A DNA stretch of 64,000 nucleotides from an uncultured Pseudomonadota bacterium (GCA_963736005.1 CAVTNB010000001.1:512001-576000), one strand, 5' to 3'. Numbered from the stretch's first letter, positions 9,685-20,034 are shown. Made by a program: numbers and translations. The notes: a model not told the origin generated them from the letters alone.

Positions 9685-11952
9685 ATGACCGCGATGATCG
9701 GAAAGAAAATCCCACGAGCAGATGCACTAGCGAAGGTGCGCGGTCAAGCTGCTTACGTTGCCGATCTTGCACTCGAAGGATCGCTGGCGGCAACGCTGCT
9801 TCGGTCTCCATACCCATTCGCTCGAATCAAAGCGATCGACGTGACCCGCGCTGCCAAGATGCCGGGGATCGCTGCAATCGCCTTCAGCGGGAACACTCCA
9901 GCCAAGCCGCTGGATTTTGGCATCAAAGACCAGCACCTGTTTCCCCGCGAATACGTACGGTATGCCGGTGAGCCTGTAGCAGCGATCGCCGGCGACACGA
10001 TTGAGCATGCGCGTGCCGCTGCAGCCGCGATCACAGTTACCTACGAAGTGCTCACGCCGGTGCAATCGATCGCGCAAGCTCTCGCGCCGCACGCCCCCCT
10101 CGTTCACCCGGACTGGCAAGCATACGAGAAAGGCGCGAATCGTGTCTTGCGCGGTAATGTCTGCGGTTATAATCGGATCCGGCGCGGCGACGTGGCAAGC
10201 GCCTTCTCCAGCGCCGACGTCGTCGTCGAATCAAAGTTTGAATTCTCTCCAGGCATCCCGGGCTACATCGAGCCGCGCGCGGCCATTGCGCGACGGGAAG
10301 CCGATCTCGGGCTCACCGTCTGGTGCGGTTCGCAGTCACCATATTCCAACCGCGACGACCTCGCGGCGTTCTTTGACCTACCGCAAGAGCGCGTTCGCTT
10401 CATCAACCAATTCGTCGGCGGCGCCTTTGGCGGAAAAATCCTCATGGCGACGGAGTGGTATGCGGCCGCGCTCGCGTTGCAGTGCGACCGTCCAGTGCGC
10501 ATGGTTTGGTCGCGGCACGAAGACGGCCAAAATGTCTTCCCGCGACATGGCGGGACCGCAACGTTTCGCAGCGGAGCCCGAAACGACGGCACGCTGCTGG
10601 CAATGCAGGCGTCCTTCTTCTTCGACACGGGAGCCTACATCGGATACGGGTCGGGCACCGCGTTGATCGCGACGATGCTTGCGTCAGCGCCTTATCGCAT
10701 TCCGAATATCGACCTCGAGGGCACGCTTGTGTACACAAACAAGCAAGTTGCGGGTCCGGTTCGCGCTCCCGGCGGGCCACAGTCAACCTTCGCAAAGGAG
10801 CTGCATCTTGACGAGCTGGCCCGTGCGCTCGCGATAGATCCTTTAGAATTTCGCTTGCACAATGCATGGGAAGATGGCGATGTCAGTCCGACCGGGCAGA
10901 AACTCGCCTCAGTGAGCGTGAAAGAAACGCTGCGGCGAGTCGCTGAGACGATTGGCTGGCACCAAGAGCGCGCAGCACACGAGGGCGTCGGCATCGCCTG
11001 CTCGTGGTGGTTTTCATCGTGCGGGCGCTCGCAAGCGAATGTTGAAGTGCGAGCCGATGGGAGCGTGCACGTCTCCAGCGGCAACCCAGAAGTTGGCACG
11101 GGTTCGGCGGCGGGGGCGATCCCGCTGATCGTTGCGGATCGGTTAGGGGTCGATCCCCACGCAATCGTTCTGACCCTTGGCGATACGGCAACCGGCACCT
11201 ACGATGGCGGCGTCGGCGGCAGCGCCTCGACCTTCTCGGCAGGGCAAGCAGCAAAGATTGCCGCTGATGATGTCCGGGACCAGTTGCTCGCAAGAGCGGA
11301 GGAGTCACTCGAAGCACGGCGCGAGGACATCGAACTTCACGACGGAACGGCCAACGTGCGCGGCGTGCCTGGTCACGCAATTTCCCTCGCGCAGCTCGCG
11401 TCCCAATCCGGCGGCGCGATCTCCGCTACCGGCGAAACCAAAGAAATCAGCGAGCCGGAATTTGATGCTTCGCTCGTGCAGTCGCACGACTTTGCAAGCT
11501 GGCTTGCCCCTTCGTTTACCACGAGCGCCGCTTTGGTGGACGTTGATGCCGAAACCGGCCGCGTCCGGGTCCATCGAATCGTCACCGCCCAAGATGTTGG
11601 CTTTGCCGTTAATCCTAACGGCATCGTCGGCCAAATTGAGGGCGGTGCGGTGCAAGCACTCGGTTTTGCGTTAAGTGAAGAACTGCTCTTCGGCGCAGAG
11701 GGAATCATCAACACTGGTTTCCACGACTACCTCTTGCCCACAGCTGTCGACGCTCCGAAGCTCGATGCCATCATCGTCACGTCGCCATCCAGCGAAGGAC
11801 CCTTTGGCATGAAGGGCGTCGGCGAACCGCCGGTGACGACACCGGCTGGTGCGATCGGCAATGCGATTCGTGATGCCGCAGGAGCGGTTCCTTACACGAC
11901 GCCGATGACGCCGGAGCGAGTATGGCGCGCCTTGCGCGACGCAGATCGCTAA
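9685..11952 (+). CDS. Xanthine dehydrogenase-family molybdopterin-binding subunit
   Basis: GGAFGGK, GQIEGGAVQALG, KGVGEPP; active-site loop PVRAPG. Confidence 0.9.
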   Translation: MTAMIGKKIPRADALAKVRGQAAYVADLALEGSLAATLLRSPYPFARIKAIDVTRAAKMPGIAAIAFSGNTPAKPLDFGIKDQHLFPREYVRYAGEPVAAIAGDTIEHARAAAAAITVTYEVLTPVQSIAQALAPHAPLVHPDWQAYEKGANRVLRGNVCGYNRIRRGDVASAFSSADVVVESKFEFSPGIPGYIEPRAAIARREADLGLTVWCGSQSPYSNRDDLAAFFDLPQERVRFINQFVGGAFGGKILMATEWYAAALALQCDRPVRMVWSRHEDGQNVFPRHGGTATFRSGARNDGTLLAMQASFFFDTGAYIGYGSGTALIATMLASAPYRIPNIDLEGTLVYTNKQVAGPVRAPGGPQSTFAKELHLDELARALAIDPLEFRLHNAWEDGDVSPTGQKLASVSVKETLRRVAETIGWHQERAAHEGVGIACSWWFSSCGRSQANVEVRADGSVHVSSGNPEVGTGSAAGAIPLIVADRLGVDPHAIVLTLGDTATGTYDGGVGGSASTFSAGQAAKIAADDVRDQLLARAEESLEARREDIELHDGTANVRGVPGHAISLAQLASQSGGAISATGETKEISEPEFDASLVQSHDFASWLAPSFTTSAALVDVDAETGRVRVHRIVTAQDVGFAVNPNGIVGQIEGGAVQALGFALSEELLFGAEGIINTGFHDYLLPTAVDAPKLDAIIVTSPSSEGPFGMKGVGEPPVTTPAGAIGNAIRDAAGAVPYTTPMTPERVWRALRDADR

Positions 11953-12749
11953 GATCCTAACGTATACTCTTCGCGATCCAGATACACACCGCTGCACGGC
12001 TGCTCGTGGCACAGCGCCGGACGAAATTTCGACTTGCGAATGCTCAAGACTTCGGCCGCATCGATGTCGACATTGCCGGACGACACGATGACCGAGACGC
12101 CGGTCACTGCGCCAGTCGCCGCAATTTCTGCGCGCACGACCACCACCCCGGACGCTCGCTGTTCCACCGCGCGACGCGGATAGTCTACCGGGTATTGCTG
12201 GAGCAGGCGCGGCGCATGAAACGCTCCGAATGGCTGTGGCGTTCCCACGTAGCCCGCGCGAGCGGCCGCATCGGAGTCGAGAGCCAAAATCTTACGGACA
12301 GCATGGTTCATAAGCTCGAGCACGACGTAGTCGTCACCCACCCGCCACACGCTCGCCACGCCGCCAGGTTCGCGCACGTTCGACGCGCCTGACTTTTGCA
12401 TGGCAGCTTCCGCGCTGGATGCTGACATCTCAAGGTATGGATAAGCGCTCGGCTGAACGAGCGGCGCGGCTTTGTTCCCCAGTGCTTCCGGTCTCGCGAC
12501 CAAGATCTGCCTGGTAGCGAGCGTGTCGTCGGTCAACAAGTCGACGTCGAGCCCACCGGCGCCGAACCAACGCCATTCCTGCCCTTCATCGGTGCTTTCG
12601 ACCAGCCCAGGGGGACCAAGCGCTGCGACGACCGATCCAATCGGCTCTCCGACAGTGACGCCGCCCAGCGTGACAGGCGCCGTTGCCGCGGCAATGGTTG
12701 CAAGAGCGAAAGCGGCGCTGGCGGCGCGCGCAATCCTTGGCAGGTTCAA
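11949..12749 (-). CDS. Secreted protein with C-terminal TonB domain
   Basis: Signal peptide; YPRRA..GVVVVRAEI..G.V....SSG..DIDAA..KFRPA; TTGA overlap with the helicase stop. Confidence 0.75.
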   Translation of the reverse strand: MNLPRIARAASAAFALATIAAATAPVTLGGVTVGEPIGSVVAALGPPGLVESTDEGQEWRWFGAGGLDVDLLTDDTLATRQILVARPEALGNKAAPLVQPSAYPYLEMSASSAEAAMQKSGASNVREPGGVASVWRVGDDYVVLELMNHAVRKILALDSDAAARAGYVGTPQPFGAFHAPRLLQQYPVDYPRRAVEQRASGVVVVRAEIAATGAVTGVSVIVSSGNVDIDAAEVLSIRKSKFRPALCHEQPCSGVYLDREEYTLGS

Positions 12750-14920
12750 TTTTGTGATGTTCCCTTTTCTCCCGTCGTCTCGAGCGCCGCAAGAAGATCT
12801 TGATCCTTCGCCCATCTCGGGGGCGCGCCAAAGCCTGTGGCGGTTGCGCTCGTGCGGGCGCGGCTCAGACCGTAGGCGAGAGCGCGCTGCTCTTCATCTA
12901 TATATAGCGATTTTGCGCCGAAACGCGCATAGTACCATGCAAACTTCGCTGTTTGGGCCGCCCCGCGAGCCACATTCTCTCGGACGATCAGACCATAGGT
13001 GCGGGAAAATGCCATGGCGTGCGAGGTGTAGATGCGAGGAAAGCGTTCGTGCGCGACGCCGCTGACAAAGACGTGCTCGAAGCGAAGTCCCTTTATCGCG
13101 ACGATGGTGTCCGCCCTGATGGCTCCTTTCACTTGTCGCGCAGGTCGCAACCGAACGCTTTCACGCGCGAGTATCTTTTCGATCTCGTCAAATGTGGCAA
13201 CGCTGTGTGCGGCCACGACCTGCGCGACTGCGGACGCGATTCGTTCGAAATCGTCAGCCAGGCGGGCTCGTTCGTGCGCGGGCGCGGCATGCCAACGATC
13301 GCGAAAGCCGGCCGCATCAGCTAAGTACATCAAACGCACTGTCGCTGACATCCCTGCACACGCCAGGCGCCACTGCTCGAGATCATCGCGCAGCGAGCGC
13401 ACAGCTTGTCGCGCCGGCTCGGAGAGACGCTCATCGGCAAGACCGTCCAGCATGTTGCGGGCGAGCGTGCCCCGCGGAGGACTCGAAGTTGTCGACTCAG
13501 GTGTGGACGCGCCAACGTCGAGGGAGAGCTGCGCCTGTTCGGCCCCCTCGTGGCACAGCGTGCGCAGGCTCGCGTCCGAAAGCCCGGTGATGGGCGACGA
13601 CAGAACTCGCAGCAAGTGAACTTCGTCGAATGGGTCGTCGACGAGCGCTGCCAGCGCGAATAAGTCGGCGATCTCCTTCGGCCGCTGAAGCATTGACGAC
13701 GGCATGAGGATGGGCAAACCGGCCGCTTCGAGTTGGCGCGCATAGAGCAGCGTGGCTTGCGCATTGCGACTGACGACTGCAATCTCTTCAGGCGGGCACC
13801 CTTGACCGATCAGTTCCGCCAACGCCTGCGCAATCCAGGCCGACTCTTGCGCTTCGCTCTCGAAACGCCGCACCTGGACGGACGTGACGGCGGCACTCGG
13901 CGGTAGTTCGATGCGTTCTGTTTCCCCGAGGCCGAAGAGAACCGAGCGGCGCCCTTCGAATCCGTCGACGCGTGCGCCCTCCCATCCCGCAAGCAAAACG
14001 GGAAAAGGTTTGCGGCGGCGCAGCAACCCAACGAGGGCGCCCAACGCGGGTTCGCTGTCTTCTGCGTCGTCGATGACGAGGACGTCAATCGACCCAGCGA
14101 GGCGATCGCACGCCGTTTCATCTTTTGCCAGCCAGCGCGCGGCCGCGCCGATGAGATCTTCTGGCGCGCGAAACGCAAAGCTGGAGGCAGCCCGCTGGTA
14201 TTCCCGATAGAGCTGGGCGAGAATGATCGCGACATCGCGCTCGGCCTTTCGCTGGATGGTCAAACTGGGCCCCGAAGCGCGCAACGCCGCGCGGCCCCGT
14301 TGGCTCGCGACGCGCCGCACGCCTTGCTCCGCAAGCAAGACCAGCGCGCGTTCTGTTTGCTCGCCGTAAAACGCTGCGAGACCGCGCGCGCAGCCTTCTT
14401 CAAATTCCTCCGGAGTGATGCGCGAGCGCGCAAGCAGCGCGAACAGAGATGCCGCCTCATCCAGGAGCGTTTCTGGCTTGCTGAAGTAGGGCAGATCCAA
14501 GTTGATGTCGCTGCGGGCGAACATTGGCCACGTCATGTCGAGCAAGCCGGCCGCCGCGCGGGCAACGATCGCACGCGTGGCTCCTGGTCCACCGACCCAC
14601 AGCACGGGGGTGGTGGCAGCGCTTTGGTATTCGCCTCTCATCCACGCGGCAACATGCTCGGGGAGCGTGGCGATGTTAAAATTCGTCGGGTCTTGGTCGA
14701 GCCTGCGAAGCGCGTCGGCAAAGGCCATGCAACCGGACTCATGAGAGGCGATAACAAGCGCAGTCAGCCTACGATCGCGGCAAGCCGTCGCGTAGGTGGC
14801 CAATGCGGTCGTCTTGCCGCAGCCCGGCGGACCGGTGATCGCGCGAACGTCGCCCGTTCCGAAAGCGCGCTCAAGAACAACGCTGAGCGCTACGCTCGAC
14901 TCTGCTCCACTAACGGGCAA
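12746..14920 (-). CDS. Divergent UvrD/SF1 helicase-like protein
   Basis: Walker A GPPGCGKT, motif II VIDDAED, motif V KGLRF, motif VI EEQRALAYGLSRAR; TTG 14920 with AGGAG RBS. Confidence 0.8.
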   Translation of the reverse strand: MPVSGAESSVALSVVLERAFGTGDVRAITGPPGCGKTTALATYATACRDRRLTALVIASHESGCMAFADALRRLDQDPTNFNIATLPEHVAAWMRGEYQSAATTPVLWVGGPGATRAIVARAAAGLLDMTWPMFARSDINLDLPYFSKPETLLDEAASLFALLARSRITPEEFEEGCARGLAAFYGEQTERALVLLAEQGVRRVASQRGRAALRASGPSLTIQRKAERDVAIILAQLYREYQRAASSFAFRAPEDLIGAAARWLAKDETACDRLAGSIDVLVIDDAEDSEPALGALVGLLRRRKPFPVLLAGWEGARVDGFEGRRSVLFGLGETERIELPPSAAVTSVQVRRFESEAQESAWIAQALAELIGQGCPPEEIAVVSRNAQATLLYARQLEAAGLPILMPSSMLQRPKEIADLFALAALVDDPFDEVHLLRVLSSPITGLSDASLRTLCHEGAEQAQLSLDVGASTPESTTSSPPRGTLARNMLDGLADERLSEPARQAVRSLRDDLEQWRLACAGMSATVRLMYLADAAGFRDRWHAAPAHERARLADDFERIASAVAQVVAAHSVATFDEIEKILARESVRLRPARQVKGAIRADTIVAIKGLRFEHVFVSGVAHERFPRIYTSHAMAFSRTYGLIVRENVARGAAQTAKFAWYYARFGAKSLYIDEEQRALAYGLSRARTSATATGFGAPPRWAKDQDLLAALETTGEKGTSQN

Positions 14921-16961
14921 AGGCGCGTTCTCCTTCGATCGGACGCTCGCGACACGCGGTCGCGTAGGCACAGAAATGGCACGGCGGATCTTCACCCGCC
15001 GCAAAGTGCTCGACGCCTTCGTTCGCTAACAGGTCGCAGTGCGCGAGCAGCGCCGCAAGCGAGGCGTCCAAGTCGTGGCGCGAACAGGCCGCGCGCAACA
15101 CGCCGTCCATTGGCGGGGACTCAGTTGCCGCTTCGCCGTCTGGCAACAGGTCCAGCGCAAGAATCCACACGTCATCTCGGGGATCGCGAATAGAAACGAG
15201 GGCGATTCGAGCTATGTCATCGCCTGCCGCACGACGCATCGCATAGTAGAGCGCGAGTTGTGCCTCGTCGCCTCGACGAACCTTCTCGAGATAAGCGCGT
15301 GGGTCAGAATCGATGCGACCGGTTTTGTAATCGTAGATGGTCACCGGGCCGCCCCCAAGTGGCTTGTCGATGCGATCGATGTAACCGACAAAATCATACC
15401 CGCCAAGTCGCCGCCGCTCGAAGAGCTCGACGCCTGAGATCTCCACCGGCGACCGCGCCGACTCGGCCACGAGCCAGCGCACGTATTGCTCCGCCATCCG
15501 GCGCGCGCGCCAGCGTGAGGATTCATACTCGAGTTGCGTCGCGAAATCTGGCCGCGCTCTTCCGAAGGCTGCTTCAAGCTCTCGGTGCAAGCGGTCGAGA
15601 ATGTAGGCGGGTTCATGGCGGCTCGGGACGCGAACCTCTCGGTGCAGCGCCTCGAGCGCATCGTGCATGACTCGTCCGTATGTCGCATGCAGCGATCCGG
15701 GATCGTCGAGCACCTCGCATAAATATTCATAGAAAAAGCGTCGCGGGCACTTAACATACGAGTTCAGCCGAGATGCAGAAAAGACCATCTTCGGCGCGCG
15801 GAGTGATTCAGCGGCTTCGAGCTGCGGCCAAGAGCGACGTCGATCCGCGCGCACGCGTTCCGCCAAGTACGCAGCGGCGCCGGCAGCACCCTCTGCCTTG
15901 ACTTGGGCCAAGACGCCGCTCGAGTATGCGCGCGATAGGGCATCCGGTTCGCACCCAAGTGCCTGCGCGAATCGCGTTAATGCCACCGGTGCGCACGGCA
16001 GATCATCGAATACTATCGTGCCGAGCCCCGGCTCGCTGCCTGCATATGGCAGGAGCAGTATGTCTTCGAGCTGCACTGCGAGCATGCTATCGACAAAGGC
16101 GTCTACCCGCGAAGATGCATCCACAACGATCCCTGCGATGCTCCAAATCCGATCGGCTGCCTCCGCGCAGCGCAGCAATTCTTCTTCTTCGGCCTGCAAC
16201 GCTGGCTCACGGGCGAACTCCGCCGCGGTCGCTTGGGCCGCAGCAAGGGCCGGCATGAGAGCGAATGATTCACCTGCATCCCCGCGAGCCGAGTCGATCG
16301 CCCGCAAGGCCGCAACGCCTGCGTCCTTCGCATGCCCGCCGCGCAGCCGCACCAAGGCTGCCGACAGCACCTCGCGGGGCGAGCCCGCAAGTCCGGCGAG
16401 CGCTTGGTGAAGGTTGGCTGCTTCGATACAAAATGGGGGCGCGCACAATAACGCGACGAGCTTTATGGGGTCGCCGCAATACGCGGCACTGAGTATGCGA
16501 ACGCCGGCCTGCGCCGGCAGCGGTCTTCCCGCACCGGAGAGAGCGCCAATGAGAAGCCGCGGCGCGACCGCCGCTGTGAGGCCGTGCTGACGCAAAGCAC
16601 CCAACCCGCCCTCGAGGGTCGCGCATCGCTCGGCATGCGCCCTTGAATCCGCCGGCGGGGGCGCTGGCGCCGCCAGCCCCGTCGCTCGCAATTGCAAACG
16701 CGTCGAGTAGGCAACGCGCGCCACGAGACTGGTCGAGCCGTCGACGTCTGCGGCCGCACATGCAAGCATGGCCTCGGAAACGCCCGCGAGGTCGACTGCG
16801 CAAGTGAGCTTGCACAGGTCGTCACAAAAAATCGCGCGGTGCGCAGGGGACCATTGCGAGACGGATGCATCCACCCCCGCGGCGTGCATGACCGATCGTG
16901 CAATGGCAGTGCGGCGCGCCACGGAAAATCGTCGGGTTAGGCTTTGGTCGGCGCGCTTCAT
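14910..16961 (-). CDS. AddB/RecB-like PD-(D/E)XK nuclease with 4-Cys Fe-S motif
   Basis: SASRLNSYVKCPRRF, GYIDRID, IYDYKTG, QLALY, CHFCAYATAC; Ala-rich N-terminus with no Walker A. Confidence 0.82.
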   Translation of the reverse strand: MKRADQSLTRRFSVARRTAIARSVMHAAGVDASVSQWSPAHRAIFCDDLCKLTCAVDLAGVSEAMLACAAADVDGSTSLVARVAYSTRLQLRATGLAAPAPPPADSRAHAERCATLEGGLGALRQHGLTAAVAPRLLIGALSGAGRPLPAQAGVRILSAAYCGDPIKLVALLCAPPFCIEAANLHQALAGLAGSPREVLSAALVRLRGGHAKDAGVAALRAIDSARGDAGESFALMPALAAAQATAAEFAREPALQAEEEELLRCAEAADRIWSIAGIVVDASSRVDAFVDSMLAVQLEDILLLPYAGSEPGLGTIVFDDLPCAPVALTRFAQALGCEPDALSRAYSSGVLAQVKAEGAAGAAAYLAERVRADRRRSWPQLEAAESLRAPKMVFSASRLNSYVKCPRRFFYEYLCEVLDDPGSLHATYGRVMHDALEALHREVRVPSRHEPAYILDRLHRELEAAFGRARPDFATQLEYESSRWRARRMAEQYVRWLVAESARSPVEISGVELFERRRLGGYDFVGYIDRIDKPLGGGPVTIYDYKTGRIDSDPRAYLEKVRRGDEAQLALYYAMRRAAGDDIARIALVSIRDPRDDVWILALDLLPDGEAATESPPMDGVLRAACSRHDLDASLAALLAHCDLLANEGVEHFAAGEDPPCHFCAYATACRERPIEGERAFAR

Positions 16962-17009
16962 GTGGCTATGGTTTCGCTTTTTGTCGGCCGGCAACCCGGT
17001 GTTTCGAAC

Positions 17010-18239
17010 TTATTCCTTTTTCGAGGCCTCCGCGATGAGCCGCTCGAGGCTCGCTTCAACGCGCTCGATCATAAGGGTGAGCAAGATGGACATATCTCCG
17101 CCATCGGCTTGTCGCAAACCGTCATAATACTGCTTGCCGTCTATCAGACGAACGATAGCTGGCGGATAGTTTGCCCAACAGAGAATTAAGTTGGACACCA
17201 GCCGGCCAACCCGGCCGTTGCCATCGAGAAACGGCGAAATGCTCAATATCTTCGCCTGCGCCGCGGTCGCTTTTGCCACGGGATCGGCGGGCGACTCCTC
17301 GAGCCACTCGGTAAACTCGCGCAACAAGGCTGGCACGAGGACACTTTCCGGCGGCAAATAGTCTCGCCCAACCAGGCGTGTGTCGATGCGCCGATAGATG
17401 CCCGCATTTTCGTCGTCAATCGATGCGAAGAGCAGGGCGTGCAATTCGCGGATGCCATGTTCGGTGAGCGGCGCGCCGGAGAGCGCAAGCACTTCTGCCC
17501 GGTCCAACGCGCGATGCAAGTTGACCGCTTCCAGGTGCTCGCGCAACGTGAGTCCCCCAACGGTCGTTCCGCGTGAGAGCACCTCTTCTGTTTGCTCGCG
17601 GTTGAGCCCGTTGCCCCGAACCGCATTGGAATGGTAGATCTCGTCGATGCGCAGCTCGAACCGACACGAAGCCCGCGCCTGCGCCTCGCGCGGGTTTGCG
17701 GCAAACACCAAGGCACGCTCGTGCAGCTGACGGAGACGGTCATCGAGGCCGGCATCGAAGCGCAATCCCGTCGCGTCTTCAGAAGGCCGCTCCGGCCGAT
17801 CGAGTCCAAAGCGTGAGAGGTCTATTCCGTGCTCGCGGAGCCACTCGAGGGCGATTGCCTCAAGTCGGCGCTGACGATAGGCAAGCCAGGAGCGTCGCGC
17901 TCGTGGATACGCTCGCAGAGCTTGAAGGAAGCGAGCGGAAGCCGTGGGGCCTGTCGAGGCTTCACGCAGTTTATCTTCCAGCGCGCCGTCGGCGAGCGTG
18001 GAAATAAAATCAGCAACGATCTCGTGGGCCTCGGCATGGGAAAGCGGTCGGATAAGAATAGCGCTTGTGCGCGCGGACACGTTCGCGACGCTGGGATCGT
18101 CGGATGCATAGGGCTCGACCTTGCCTGAACTGGCCATAAAAAAATAGCGGAACTGCCCGCTTCGGTCGTCCAGGGCATCGGTGAGCTCTTCAAGTATGAG
18201 GTTGCGCACGATTTGGACGTGATGGCCGTTCTCCGCCAA
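17010..18239 (-). CDS. UPF0158-like domain fused to a non-canonical Fic domain
   Basis: N-terminus VADFI...RFLQAL...W..YRQRRLEAIALEWLREHGI; Fic core SPFLDGNGRVGR, upstream SNAVRGN. Confidence 0.82.
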   Translation of the reverse strand: MAENGHHVQIVRNLILEELTDALDDRSGQFRYFFMASSGKVEPYASDDPSVANVSARTSAILIRPLSHAEAHEIVADFISTLADGALEDKLREASTGPTASARFLQALRAYPRARRSWLAYRQRRLEAIALEWLREHGIDLSRFGLDRPERPSEDATGLRFDAGLDDRLRQLHERALVFAANPREAQARASCRFELRIDEIYHSNAVRGNGLNREQTEEVLSRGTTVGGLTLREHLEAVNLHRALDRAEVLALSGAPLTEHGIRELHALLFASIDDENAGIYRRIDTRLVGRDYLPPESVLVPALLREFTEWLEESPADPVAKATAAQAKILSISPFLDGNGRVGRLVSNLILCWANYPPAIVRLIDGKQYYDGLRQADGGDMSILLTLMIERVEASLERLIAEASKKE

Positions 18240-18557
18240 ACAGGCGACGCCTGGTCCATGGCCTAAACTGAAGAGGCGGCTGGAAGCCTGGCCCGCGCGA
18301 CGGCTGAATGGAAAATCGCCTTCGTCAAAGGCCCTCGGACCGTTCGTGGCCTAAGTCATATTCTTCTGTACCGATAAGGTCCGGCGGCTGGCAACCCGAT
18401 ATTCTATACGTTGGCAAGCTTCGGGACCAAGCACGAGAGCCCGGGGTATCTGTCACACACCCTGCAGAGCGCCTTTTTGGGTGAGACAAGGTTGATGTTC
18501 GGACTCCCACTCGCTGTAACAATCCTCGGTGCCATAAGGTCGTATCACTTAGAGCCG

Positions 18558-19106
18558 GTGTCGAATAATCTCGACGTCGAGCTCATGACCAAGGTGGCCA
18601 ACGGGGACGGCGAAGCCTTTGCGGAGTTAGTCAAACGATACACCCGAATGCTCTACAACGTAGCGTATCGCTACAACGCATCATCGGCCGAGGATTTGGT
18701 CCAGGAGACCTTCCTGCGGGCCTATCAGCATGCCCGGACGTTTTCGGGTCGCAGCAAAGTATCCTCATGGCTGTATCGGATTTGCGTGAACGTTTGTCTG
18801 ACACATCAGACGCGCGCCGGCAGTCCAACAATGGACATCGACGACGTCAACGAAGCCGAATTGCTCGTCCGCGAAGACGAGCGACCCGAAGTCATGGCGC
18901 AACGGGGCGAGACCTTCAGGGCACTGGAGGACGGCCTGCGGGCGCTGCCAAGCCAGCAACGCATGGTGTTCATTTTGAGAGAGTTACAGGGGCTGTCGTA
19001 CGGAGAAATTTCGGACGTTTTAGGTATGAACGAACAAGCTGCGCGAACCAACCTGTGCCGCGCCAAGCGTCGGCTGCAGCTCTGGCTCGATCCGCTTTTG
19101 GTTTGA
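18558..19106 (+). CDS. ECF RNA polymerase sigma factor
   Basis: AEDLVQETFLRA, SWLYRI, region 4 LSYGEISDVLG; start uncertain. Confidence 0.9.
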   Translation: MSNNLDVELMTKVANGDGEAFAELVKRYTRMLYNVAYRYNASSAEDLVQETFLRAYQHARTFSGRSKVSSWLYRICVNVCLTHQTRAGSPTMDIDDVNEAELLVREDERPEVMAQRGETFRALEDGLRALPSQQRMVFILRELQGLSYGEISDVLGMNEQAARTNLCRAKRRLQLWLDPLLV

Positions 19107-19122
19107 GGACGGGACGCTGAAA

Positions 19123-20034
19123 ATGGAATGCTCTGAAGCGCTCGATCTTCTCTACGAATCGTTTGATGCCCAAATCACCCCGGCGCAAGCGGCGCTGCTC
19201 AATGGGCATCGTCGAACGTGTTTTGCGTGCGCCGGCACGTTAGCAAAAGCTCAGCGCTTCCAAGATCTCATTCGGCGCGTACCACAGCTCACGGTGCCGC
19301 GTGGCCTCGAGGCGCGTGTCATCGAGCGCGTACTGCATAAATCGGCGAGTTCATTCTCGCAGCAGATGAAGGTTATTCGGCCTGCGTTCTCTTGGCGCAC
19401 TGCTTTGCGCCCAGCACTTGCATCCGGTGGCGTTCTCGCCGCTGCCCTGGCCGTGTTCTTCATTGCGCACTCGATGCTCAGCAACACCTTCCACCGGCCG
19501 ACGGACCAAACTGTCGTGGCCACCGTGCAAGGCAGCTTACAAGATGTAGCGCCAAACAACCAAACGAGCGAGATCGACAGTACGGACACGCCCTTGTCCA
19601 CCGGCGAAGTGCTTCGCCCGATTGGCGCGCTGCCGGCCATCGTTTCGATTACTCCCCATCTCGCGTTGATCATGTCGAGCGGGTCGGAAGTGCAGGTCGG
19701 CAAGCTCCACTACGATCAGAGCTCCGGCCTTGCTGACGTCATCTTTTTGAAACTGCGCCGCGGCACGCTACGAGTAAACGAGATTCTTCACCGTGACGTA
19801 TCGCCAGTGCAGGTCGCTACCAGACAAGCCACGTTTGTTCCAACGGGAACGACCTTCTCGGTCGATGCAAAGACAGACGCGACGGACCTGGCCGTCACCG
19901 CCGGCAGCGTTGCGGTGCACATGCCGGGGCGTGTCTTCAGCGTCATCGCGGGTCACGGCGTGCACATCACGGCAACAGACGTCGTACGCAACGTGCTGCT
20001 CGGCAAACACCCGAAGGTCAACCCGCTACCATAG
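19123..20034 (+). CDS. Anti-sigma factor: zinc finger + TM + FecR-like domain
   Basis: HRRTCFAC (HxxxCxxC), one TM, FecR-like LRRG...GTTFSV...VTAGSV. Confidence 0.8.
   Translation: MECSEALDLLYESFDAQITPAQAALLNGHRRTCFACAGTLAKAQRFQDLIRRVPQLTVPRGLEARVIERVLHKSASSFSQQMKVIRPAFSWRTALRPALASGGVLAAALAVFFIAHSMLSNTFHRPTDQTVVATVQGSLQDVAPNNQTSEIDSTDTPLSTGEVLRPIGALPAIVSITPHLALIMSSGSEVQVGKLHYDQSSGLADVIFLKLRRGTLRVNEILHRDVSPVQVATRQATFVPTGTTFSVDAKTDATDLAVTAGSVAVHMPGRVFSVIAGHGVHITATDVVRNVLLGKHPKVNPLP

Noticed and set aside
9685..11952. Aerobic CO dehydrogenase coxL
   Set aside because: Lacks the AYxCSFR/AYxGAGR loop.
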